DNA of 64,000 nucleotides from Ptychomitrium polyphyllum (Eukaryota): NCBI GenBank assembly GCA_973851085.1, contig OZ316775.1, positions 19,902,001 to 19,966,000 of the forward strand, read 5' to 3'. Shown piece by piece: positions 38,187 to 49,108 of this stretch (position 1 is its first letter; each line of letters starts with the position of its first letter). The notes under the pieces were generated by a model. It saw only the letters and a program-made list of their open reading frames with translations, ran no database searches and was not told where the DNA came from. The position numbers and the translations under genes were made by a program.

Positions 38187-39937
38187 AGCGGCTGCCGAAC
38201 GAAAATTAGGAGTTAAATTCACCACATTCTCCACACGTCTTCCGCGTCTCTCTATCGGAGTATTTGGCAACGATTGCTGAACTGTGTCTGCACCGCCCTC
38301 GTCATCATGTCCAGAACCTACGTTGCATAACCAAACCCGTCAGTTCTCAAGTCCAGGAAGAAAACCCAACCTTACAGCAATCGAGCCACAATTCCAATTC
38401 CCAGCCTTGCAATCCAACACAACCACCGCCTCTCAACACCATCCCATCATCCTTTTCCCATGTCCCCATAAACCCCACAATCACATACGATCACATACCA
38501 CGTGATTGATCTCTCCACACAAAATATACCGACATAAACCCTAAATTGACACAGTTTTTCATAATCGCCCAACCTAATCCAAAAACCCAGGTGAGTACCA
38601 GACCACATACCCACCTGTGCCATCGCCAGAGCCTTCATCCTTAGAAGAAACAGGATCAACAACAGCATCACTTTGGCACGCTCCATCCTCTCCTCCTGAC
38701 GCCATTTCGCTCTCGACCTTCACTTCGGTCCCCACTCACTTACTGTGAGGTTTGATCAACACCATCCACATGTGATCGTCTTCTTTCACCAGTGCTCTCT
38801 TCTCCCGGTTGTGATTCACGACTGGTAAAATCCACCGCACCCTTCATCTGCCTCAACTATCCCACATGCGAGAGCTGCACTAAACCCTAATCCCAGCATT
38901 GAACCCAATTTGTGGTAGATCGCCAGACTCACACTTAAACCCACGATCTCATCATCAACCTGGAAAAATAACACACCGACACGTTCCAGCACAGCGGATC
39001 CCACAATTCCCATCAGTCTAGGAGTGAAGATGCACACCTAAACCCGTCAGTAGCGACGCTGGCATTATCTACCGAGCTTATTAATCATGAATTCTAAAAT
39101 CTAGAAAATCATATATTTCTCTGTCTAGGAGTCAGTGACAAACTGTTACTGCTAAAACATTCGAAGTAATCTACAGTTTCGTCTGTTTGAAGTAGATATC
39201 CCCTGTTTTTATGTGTGCATCTATTGCCGTTATGTGGGGGGCCTGATGTCCAAAATTCTGAAACCATTACTGCCTACGAAGCCACCGCTATCTACTGTTA
39301 CCTTGTATTGAGGTTTTGGAATCTTTAAGAGGCATAGATAATGGCTGTTTCGGGTTTAGTGACGATTTAAAGAACACATTACTTATAGTTTCGTCTCAAT
39401 GATCTTTGAAATGCTTAGATAAAGTTGGTTTTGAGTTTAGTGACGACTTTGGATATGCGTTTCTTAAAGTAGTCCTATTGCTAGTGCAATGGGGTGATCA
39501 TTTTGCCATATTTCTGATACTCTGTGACTATTGGATTGGATGACATTCGAATGATACCTTGTGATCTAGCCGTTGGAATAGTTGGAGGCAGTTGGAACTC
39601 TTATGACCGTGGCGATAGGTTACCTATGGTTATTGTTTCCTTTTGAGGGATCGCCAAATTCGTTGACTCCCACTACATGTTTTAATCTTCAGTTTTAGTA
39701 GATCCCAGAAATAAGATGAGGAGATTCTAGTGGTTATCAAAAGACATATTTTTTTTATTTTGATAATTATGGTTTTTAAACATGTTAATATGAAAACTTA
39801 AATAGAATATTGTGTCTGGATTGAATTCACATAAGCGGACCTAGACATAAGTCTTAGTCAATTTGTGTGAAGAAAAGTAGTCGGAATTTTCTTTTGTTTG
39901 TTTAAAAAGGAAGCTAGAGACAGGATTGAAGGTGGCA

Positions 39938-40492
39938 ATGGAGATGGCAAAGCAGGAGAAATTGTTGTGCAGAGGTAACTAGTTGGAAAAGCGCTCGAAT
40001 GAACTAGGCTTTGGGGGCACACGGTTCATTGCAAAAATAATTTTGTCTGTTTCCCAAACCTGCTAGCAAGGGTGGAGTATTGTAAATTTGTGGTGTCAAA
40101 TGATCCTGACAGCAAACGCTTGAAGGAAAATGTGTACTTCTACAACATGCGACCCCTACCTCCAACGCTGCAGCAACCAAAGTCATGGAAGGTGTGATGC
40201 AATGGAGGTTAAGTACAATGATGTGAGGTGGACAGGCTATGTTAAGGATTTCACGACTAAGGCAAATGCATACCAAGTGTATTTTGAAAAAGGCAAACAA
40301 CGTGAGAAGCTTGACATCTCTGTTGTTGCCATTTGCACTCACCAAAATTTTGTTCAGCCGTCACGTGATTGCCCAGGTAGTAACTGGAATATTGCCAAAT
40401 CCCGTCTTAATGGTTTCCCACAATGCCCTCTGAAGCTTCCATGTCCCAAATATTTTGACCTTCCAATGAATGGTTGTAGACTTTACCTTTAA
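39938..40492 (+). pseudogene. Tandem Agenet (plant Tudor-like) domain pseudogene
   Basis: LEKRSNELGFGGTRFIAKII / ARVEYCKF...RLKENV...MRPLPP / DAMEVKYNDVRWTGYV...YQVYFE...HQNFV, reconstructed across one stop and two frameshifts. Confidence 0.75.
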
Positions 40493-40861
40493 GAAGTCAT
40501 AGAATTTTGTATACGAAGGGTGTTTCAGATATCTCTTGTTTATTGGTTTCACCTCATAAATAGCCTCCTTGATCATCTACACTCTTGGAGACCTTAGAAG
40601 CTCTTTAGAGTTTCCAAGGTAGACGCTGTATAGTACGATACAAAAACTTGAAATCCATTATTAACATCTTTGAATTGCATCAAGCAACTCACAAGAGTGG
40701 ACTCTTCGTATAAAATTTGTCAGCCTTACTGTACGAACTACGTCCCGAATCTGTAAGTAAACCTCGCTGATCTACAGCCTAACTCTTCCACTTATGGCAG
40801 GCTAAATCAAATCAACCCACTGCAAGCCAAGTCTGCAACTGAAGCATCTGATTTGGGTCAG

Positions 40862-41299
40862 TTACTTGCTGATGGTGGTAGCGGCATAGTGATTGTTCCT
40901 GTTCTCCTTGTAATACTGTAGTCCACCTTGATACGGACGCCCTTGGAGGAGGTCCTCTCGAGACTCAACAGTATATCCGCAGCAACTGGCATACTGCCCA
41001 CCAGCATCGTCGGTGTAAAATATAAGGTGAATCTCCGCGCTGGTGTTGGAGGGCTTGGCATATGACGAAATGTCTCATCACCGCTTGTAGTTGTGCACAC
41101 CCAGCGTCACCAGGAAGTAGTCGTCCTGAGGGTTCTTGAAGCACAGCATGCCAAAAGTGCCGTTGCCGCTGTCGCTGCCGCCCATGATCAGGGTCTGACC
41201 GTCAGTCCAGGTGCCTCCATTGGAGTAGAGTCATACGGCCTTTTCCACGATGCTGGAGGGCCTGGTCCGGATGACTCTCACGGCGATAGCTTAAGACAT
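40862..41299 (-). pseudogene. Fungal fruit-body lectin (Agaricus bisporus agglutinin / XCL family) pseudogene
   Basis: MS*AIAVRV...SIVEKAV*LYSNGGTW...LIMGGS...GTFGMLCF...LGVHNYKR**DI...TSSKGVRIKVDY...NN. Hallmark family motifs, full length, intronless, four premature stops and two frameshifts. Confidence 0.9.
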
Positions 41300-41399
41300 T
41301 GTTAACGAACTGTACTGATCACAACAAGCTGCATCATATTAAGTGCATCCATTGAGGTAGCTCTCCGTCTTCCTTGCATTGCATCCAGCGGAAGGATCG

Positions 41400-44300
41400 C
41401 TAATACCTGATACTTTCTGGAGGCTCATCCTCTGGAATCTGCAAACCACAAACATAAACGCGAAAGAGATGCAAACCATTTCTTGTAACTTCTCCATGAT
41501 TAAAAAGATTCCCAGAAAAAGTTCAAAGATTTCATGTAGTCACATGGTCCAACAATGAATTTTGCATAACAATTCGTGGACGGTAGCCTACCTCGCCTAA
41601 TTTCCAAGTCTCTTTTTGCCAAATCCCATGTGCGTCAACAAGAGTTTGTACAGTATTTGGAGGAAGTGAACCAAGTGGCAATCTGCATTCAGTGTATTAT
41701 ACCATCAGAGGAATCTGATATTTTCGAGACAAATATTAAAAGAAAAACGGCATAATAAATTTGGTAAGCTATAACTCACGTAGTAGGAGTCGCCGTTATA
41801 GTGACAGCAGGAGCACTAGGCTGTGGAGTTGCAGCTCGATTAACGAATGGTGAGGTTCCAAAGCCAGTTGAAGGAGTTGAAGCAGGCGTAATGAAAGGTG
41901 AGGATCCAAACCCAAGTGGATTCGTTGTACTAGCAGATTGATTGGGCGTTTGAGCGCCAAAGCCACCTGTTAAACATGTAAAGCTATTATCAATACAACA
42001 TAACCAAGTGCAACAGACACACTTGCAACACCAAATGTATGACAACTAGAAGAACAAAATAAGCAGACGCATCTTCCTAAACAGATTGTCACACATACCA
42101 GATCATATTTGCTAAGAAATATGATGCATGCAGTGGAATAATCACATTGAAAGAACACATATCCAGAAATTTAGGAATGCCCGTAGCGCTTGCAATCGCA
42201 TCAAAGCAACGGCTTTAATAAACATACTGACAGGTCATTTCTAAATAAGGTATCCCAAGCATACTTAAAGTATCTTGAAAGACACTGGATGTCACGAAGA
42301 AGAAATGATCGTGAACAGGAAGTTAGTGATGGTATACCTCCAAAAACACTGTTAACATTCCCAGGGGAAGGTTGTGTTTGTGTGCCAAAAATGTTGTTAT
42401 TTTGTGCTTGTGTGCCGAAAATGCTGTTGTTTTGTGGTTGCGATCCAAAAACATTCTTGGGAACCTGGGAGCCAAAACCGGTCTGAGCAAAATGGCTATT
42501 TTGGCCAAAGCCGCTTGGCTGAAAAGGGCTGGGGCTAAGCTTGGGATTTGTAGATGTCTCGTTGAATGCGGTTGAGAACCCACCTCTACAATTATGCCAC
42601 AAATCACAAGACACAAGACTTAGAAGAATTTTCAAACAGGACCATCTACATACCCTTCGTGCACACCTTCAATTATAAACTTTGAAGTTGAAAGTTCTAT
42701 CATAACTCTTGCCATCTGCAGGGTCCGGACTCGACGGGGCTGTCATCCTCTCAGACGTCTCTTTCCAGGAAACTTAGGTCTAATCCAGCTTCCAAATTTG
42801 CGAAAAGGAAGTTCCAGTCTGTTTGCGGTGATCAGATAACCTCAGTGATGCTCACATAACACCGTTTGATACCCAACTTATTCCATCATGTGACGTACCC
42901 GGCTTGTGAGGGGACAGTCATTGGAACTCCGAACATTGTCTGTAGCTGGCCAAAGCCTCCTGCAGGAGCAACAGTCTGATTCTGAGGTGTTCCGAAACCA
43001 GATGATGTTCCCGGACCAGCACTGCTTAGAAATGGAGACGGCTGAGTTAGTCCCTGCTGGAATCCTCCCAATGCCGGGGTCGCTGGACCTCGGTAAGGAT
43101 TTCGTTGAAGAGATTCGAATTCTGTGATTTTTGCAACAACGAGAGATTGCTCTTTTTGGACCTATCTCACAATCAAGCACCACAGTACAAGATTTTTAGC
43201 ATGTACAAAGAGAAAGGAAGTTGCAATCTCCAGTACGCTGCGTGTCCTAGTAGATCCAAATTTCTAATACTACGAGAGAAATCTAGAAGACCAAAGTTTG
43301 ATATCATGTCGTAGGCAAGAACAAGGCGACTAAAATCGACTTAGGATGCATAGAAGATTCCACAACATCAATGTGCGAGACAGAGCAGCAAACTCACCAT
43401 CTGTTGTAAAGACATCCCTTGCTTAGCACTGTCGTACGCCAATGCTCGTAGCTCTTCTGGACTGATGTCACCAGTAATGTCATTTGGAAGGCTGCAAAGA
43501 TAAAACGTAAACACCTTAAATAAATTTCTCTTTTCAAAAACAGCAGTATGCCAGATCCTACTTAAGTTTCCATTGTTGGCTAGTCCAGCTACATGGTATA
43601 TCGAACACGCTAGGATAACGATACTTCCAGATTGACTAAAGCTAGGAAACTCTTAACAACATTTAGAAGGAGAAACATTACAATTTCCAATGTCCATAAC
43701 TTGTTAAGCGCCAGTAGGTTGGCTGCTCAGTGGTAATATCTTCCTTGATTTGATCCTGGCAAACCTTAGGGTTACCACATCTGCCACCCAAAAACCAAAA
43801 CAGAAAACTAATTTCAGTTTAAAATAGAATATGCTTTGCATTATTGGCCGTGATAATAACTGAATACACTACTTCTGCAGTTGATGTAATGTTTGCTTCA
43901 AGAATAAAACCCGATTGCAACAGATAAGGGTCCATTAGCGAACACACGAAAGCATATAATTATGCGTATAGTACAATACTCCAAGCAATCCACAATTAAC
44001 GTAATATAACAAAACAGCAGTAGACGGTACTAGCCTGTGATCCTTCGCTGGTACTGTTTGCTGTTGCGGTGTCCGTTGATTGTTAGGGGCATTATTGAAA
44101 GCTCCAAGACGGTTCGTACCAAACCCCTACAAGCACCAAGTACGATCACTTCGAAGCACATAAAGGAGAAAGCATACGGTTAAAGTATGTTTGGGATACA
44201 TAATCGAGGTAACTCACCTGTTGTTGTGTTTGTTTCGGGCCAGAATTGAACCCATTCTGTTGAGTTGCAGAGCCCGTTTGATGCAGAAACTTACACCGTG

Positions 44301-44650
44301 TACCAAAGCGGCAACTGTAGGCAAAGCACTTAATCGTCAATCAAACGTATAAGTTCAAAGAAAACTGCAGATTCGTAGAATTACTTCTGAACTATTCCAT
44401 TCTTCTCACAAAACTGCAAGGTTTACAATATAACAACAAGAATCCCCAATCAAAATAACGCAAGAATCAGATCATCAAAATCAAAACTAAGCGGATAGCC
44501 GCTAATAGTCAAATTACTCATAACCGCCAAAATCGAACGAATCGGTAAAAATACCAACGAAGCTACCAAGAAAATTCATACGATTACAAAAGTAAAAAAG
44601 AGAAACACATACTTCCCCCGCTGAAAATCTCGACATATTTGCCGAGACAT
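41400..44650 (-). CDS. CG1: CCCH zinc-finger FG nucleoporin, NUP42/CG1 (NUPL2)-like, 10 exons, ~415 aa
   Basis: Exons 44650-44613, 44314-44218, 44126-44035, 43780-43682, 43491-43398, 43161-42899, 42585-42338, 41966-41780, 41682-41592, 41438-41400 total 1248 nt in frame. CRDFQRGNCRFGTRCKFLH; WRLTSYG...DISPEELRALAY; FG repeats; C-terminal WKLGEIPEDEPP like the Gle1-binding motif. Confidence 0.88.
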
Positions 44651-44714
44651 TGCGCTGCGCCACGAATTCACTGCAGTGATTTGCAACGCTCCACTCGTGC
44701 ACAGAGCCCAATTA

Positions 44715-45290
44715 AGAAAAGGGTTCGATCTTCGCAGTAATCTATTGACAAGTTCCAACTCCGACCTGGAAATGAGCTGATCACACTAGCGCGTTGATTC
44801 AGCTTCCCTGTTGAGCTTCTTCGTCCAAAACAAAACCCAATTCTCCACTCCTACACCTAATCCCAACTGCAAAAAGGGCTCTATCTTCGTTGTAATCAGT
44901 TCACGAGGTGGAATTCTACCTGAAAAGCTAGAAATCCAATAACACTAGCGCAAAGCGATTCTCGTCTCTCTGTTGCGCTTCTTCGTCTAAAACCAAAACC
45001 CTAATCCTAGAAGTAAACTGTTCACGTGCGCTCCAACTCCGACCTGAAAATGAGCTCATAACCCAACTCTCACTAGCAAGGAAACTCCCAACCTCTGTGA
45101 GAAGCTTCTTCAACCGACACCAGAAATCCAATCCTCAACTCCTGCACAGCAACCCAACCAAGAAAATAACTCGATCTTCGTAGTGACCTGTTGAAAACCC
45201 CGGCTGCGACCAGGAAATGAGCTCAACATCGAAATAACAACCCTAGCGCTGGGTGATTTCTGCCTCTCTGTTGAGCTCCTTCAACTGAAA
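44715..45290 (-). repeat. Four degenerate ~150-bp tandem units upstream of the nucleoporin start codon
   Basis: Recurring ACCTG(G/A)AA(A)TGAGCT...CTAGC...CTGTTGAGCTTCTTC at ~44764, ~44918, ~45042 and ~45208. Confidence 0.7.
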
Positions 45291-46671
45291 GAAAATTTTC
45301 TTTAAGAAATGAATCCTACATGAAGAAACAACAGGTTTGATGCTGCATTGCGAGGTAAGGAAAACAACCCAAGTGGTTGTTGCGGCGTTCAGGCCATTCA
45401 AGCCCCAGTGATCGTCGACTGCAAAGACTCTGCGCAAATTCGAAGCATTTCAGTTTGAATTCTCATCATCCTTCAACCCTAATTCTCGCTACACCTTCCG
45501 ATCCACCGGAAGCATCAAAAAACCGTTACTGCACCTAATGAATATATGATCTACGAAATGGCCACATTTTGCACCCCGAAGTCTACGAGATAGATGATGT
45601 AAAACGTATCCTTTCTTGCAGTGGTGTTGGTTTTGAAACATATAACGGTTATGGCATAGAACTAACAGACCCTAATGTATCTGACAGAAACAATACGAAC
45701 AAAGTGCGTAGATCTTTCGAGATCAATTCTGTCACAGTGTAGATTGTGTCGGTTTGGTGTATCGCGACGATTACGGGAACGGATATTTTAGAGTAGGGAA
45801 CTTCTGATCTGCATGGGATCTCGCGTTCTCAGAGTTCCCTTCGGCTTCTCTGCCTCTCGTAGGAAACTTTAACAAAACCGCTGTTATCTAAAAACCTCTG
45901 AATGAAATCTACGGACGTAGTAGTTGATAAAAGCTTTTGGAATGCAGTGATTGTTTAGGAGGCTTGTCCCTTACATGATGAGTGCTAGGAACTCATATTG
46001 CCTGTTCTGTACTCTGTTATTTTTCATTTTATAGAAGTTTTTGGTGAAAGTAATTATGGTTACAGCCTAAAATAAAAGTAGGGCACTCTTGAGTAAACTG
46101 CAAAATAAAGCTCAATATTTTTGGCCATAAGTTTCTGAAGATCTTATACCTTTTTTAAGTAGCTTCAATAAAGTAGCCATGGCAAAACCATGGCTGCTTT
46201 ATGGAAATAAGTAATAATTTCAAAGTAACTTTCTAAAAAACTTTAAAAAGGACATGAATTGAAAAAAAAAATCCTATCATTTCTAGAAGGTTTTGAAGTA
46301 TGTGAGAATAATCAATGTACATCTTTTGTTTTATAATTGTTTTAGATGTATCACCAATACTAGGAGATTTGATTTCCCATTCCTCTTTGTTTCCAGATTT
46401 CTTTAGTACTGATTGCCCACCAATGGTAACTACTCAATATTTTTGTAATATTCATATTCCTTTTCATACATATTGAAAAACATTATGTTTAGCTCTTTTG
46501 TTATTTTTTTTAATTTTTTGTACAATTGAATAAAAAATGTATCTAAAGCCCATCTATCAATCCAAGCTTAGCCAAATGAAAACAAAAGCATATGAGAACG
46601 TTTCCTCTCTATTAAGAAGGAGAAGAACAATTCTTCCAATCACACAAAATGAACTTTCTTGAAGTAATTAG

Positions 46672-47034
46672 TATCATAGACATAGATCATGCAACATAGT
46701 CTTTAAAATCTTTTAGAACCTTTTGGTATATTATAGTAGCCTCTTTGAAACGTTCCACCTTTTAGAAAACTTCTTAGAAAGGTTCCATAGGCTTTAAAAA
46801 CATTCTTAAGCTTTATAAGAAACTTCTTTAGAAGTATCCTAAGAAATCCAAGCGTCATAATATAAATAGAAGGCAAGACAAGGTATACCTTAGTTTTGCC
46901 AATACAAGTTGTGAATCATATTATATCCTACCTTGTTCTAGTCTTTGTATCAATTTTAATTAATCATTAGCTCTTTGAAAGCTAATTCTTGGAAAATACT
47001 TTGTCTTTGCTTCTTGTTTCTTGTATCCCTAACA
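46672..47034 (+). mobile_element. Internally deleted C-family LTR
   Basis: Aligns with 14819-15338; ends CCCTAACA; TSD not convincing (ATTAG/ATTTC). Confidence 0.85.
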
Positions 47035-47217
47035 ATTTCTAGCCAAGACATCATATCATTTTGATAAGTAGATTGAATTAAATTAGAACAAACCACATTG
47101 TCTTTATTACTAAAGGACTTGCCGTATACCTTATTATGACTGCAATGCAAAAGTTGTTTTCAACAATTTTGAATTCTTACATATTATATACAATAAGATA
47201 AATACTACAAAAACAAT

Positions 47218-47690
47218 TGTCATGGACATACATATTATAAGCATCTAGAAAGGTTCTTAGAAGGTTTAAGATGCTTCCAAAGAAGTTATCTCGATTTAGG
47301 AAGTTTCCAAGGAAGTTACCTTTGACTTAGGAAGCTTCCAAGGAAGTTATCTTTGCCTTAAAAAGCTTCTAAAGAAGTTACCATAGCTTAAGCATCTTCC
47401 AAAGAAATTACCTCTGGCTTAGAAAACTTCAAAGGAAGCAACTCAAAGTTGCTTGAATACAAAGCAATGTAGGAAAAGCTTCCCAAAAAGCTTCCAAGGC
47501 TTATAATTCTAGTATATATAAGAGTCGAGGCTGAAGGGATCTTCAATCTCCACAACGCATCTATTGTGGTCTAATTCAAGTCTTCTAGCCTTGTCTTTTA
47601 TATCTCTTTACCTCTAATATACCTTGGACATATCTTGTTCCACATACTATAATTTTGAAGCCTTAACTTGTGGTTACTCTGTCTATAACA
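47218..47690 (+). mobile_element. Solo LTR of the B family
   Basis: Aligns with 7484-7993; TG...CA; TSD ACAAT/ACAAC. Confidence 0.9.
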
Positions 47691-48622
47691 ACAACCATGT
47701 ATAGAATGCAGCATTGCACAATACCAACGTTTAAATTTGGACAAGTTTTCATTTCTATTCAAATCATGCTAATGAATGGACATGGTAATGGCTTATATGC
47801 TCATTTTTCTACAACTTTGAAGTACTTCTTTAAAGGAAGTCAAGGTACACATCTTCTATATTAATTGTAATTGGACCTCCTACTTTGATTTCTTTTCTAA
47901 GACGTTTTGTAATTCTTTTGCCACAAAGGTTTTATTTGTAATTAGATAATTTAATCAAATATGCTAAAAAATAAATTTTTAAGAACCTTCTGCTCTTTAC
48001 TTTTTTTATAGCACATCTTTAACGATGTTACCATTAAATTCCTTATTGTTGGACACATATACAATGATACTGATGAACACTTTAATTACTCATTAAAGCT
48101 ACTTAGAAAGCAAAATATGTATCTTTGCTAATTTGATGAAAACTTTTATGGACTTCTACAACATACAAACCTTTACTTTCAACTTTGTACAAGAAGTTGT
48201 TGCTTTTAAATTCAATGTAAAGTTGTGTCACCATACTGATGAAAATTCCATTGTCAAACTCCATGATATGCATTTATTTAGTTTTTATGTCAATGACAAT
48301 GAACAATTTGTTATTCATTACAAGAAGTGATTGACTAATAAGCCTTGGCTCCTTCTTTGTAATGACATTCATATATGGAAGACAAATTAAAATGGTGGTC
48401 CTATCTCCCTCTAATTGATGTTGATTTAAAAGTAATATAATTTAAGCTATTATGGAATAACGTTAGAATTGTTTGAACAAAGAATCTTGAAATGAGGCTT
48501 ATTGAGTCAAAGAGTGTGCTAAAAAACAAGGTTTTGTAAAAAATAGAATCTCCAAATACATAAACAATGATAGTCTAGCATGCATAAAAATTCCGAATAT
48601 ATTGAACAGATGGCGCACTACA

Positions 48623-49108
48623 TGTCACGGACAAAAATCATGCAACATAGTCTTTAGAACCTTCTAGAATCTTTTAGAACCTTTTGGTACATTGTAATAG
48701 CATCTTAGAATACTTTTAATGCTTCCATAATCGTTCCATTTCTTTGGAAAATTTCTTAGGAAGGTTGCATTGTCTTTGGAAACTTCCTAGGAAGGTTCTA
48801 CTTCTTTGGAAAACTTCTTGGGAACGTTCCATAGACTTCTAAAATACTCTTAAGCTTCATAGGAAATTTCTTTAGTTTTCTATGAAGCTATTTATAAAAT
48901 ACCTAAAATATTCATAAAAAATACAAGCCTCATAGTATAATTAGGAGGCAAAACAAGGTATATCTTAATGTTGCTAATACAAGTTGTAGATCATATTGTA
49001 TCATGCCTTCCTTAGTTTTTATATTAGTTCTTACTAATCATTAGCTTTTTAGAAGCTAATTTTAAAAAAATACTTTACTTCTGCTTCTTGTTTTTTATGT
49101 CTTTAATA
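48623..49108 (+). mobile_element. Solo LTR of the C family
   Basis: TGTCACGG start; perfect TSD CTACA at 48618-48622 and 49109-49113. Confidence 0.9.

Noticed and set aside
40361..40576. Kinase glycine-loop-like YLGHGSF on the minus strand
   Set aside because: Single short motif, no other kinase subdomains, and it overlaps the Agenet pseudogene on the other strand.
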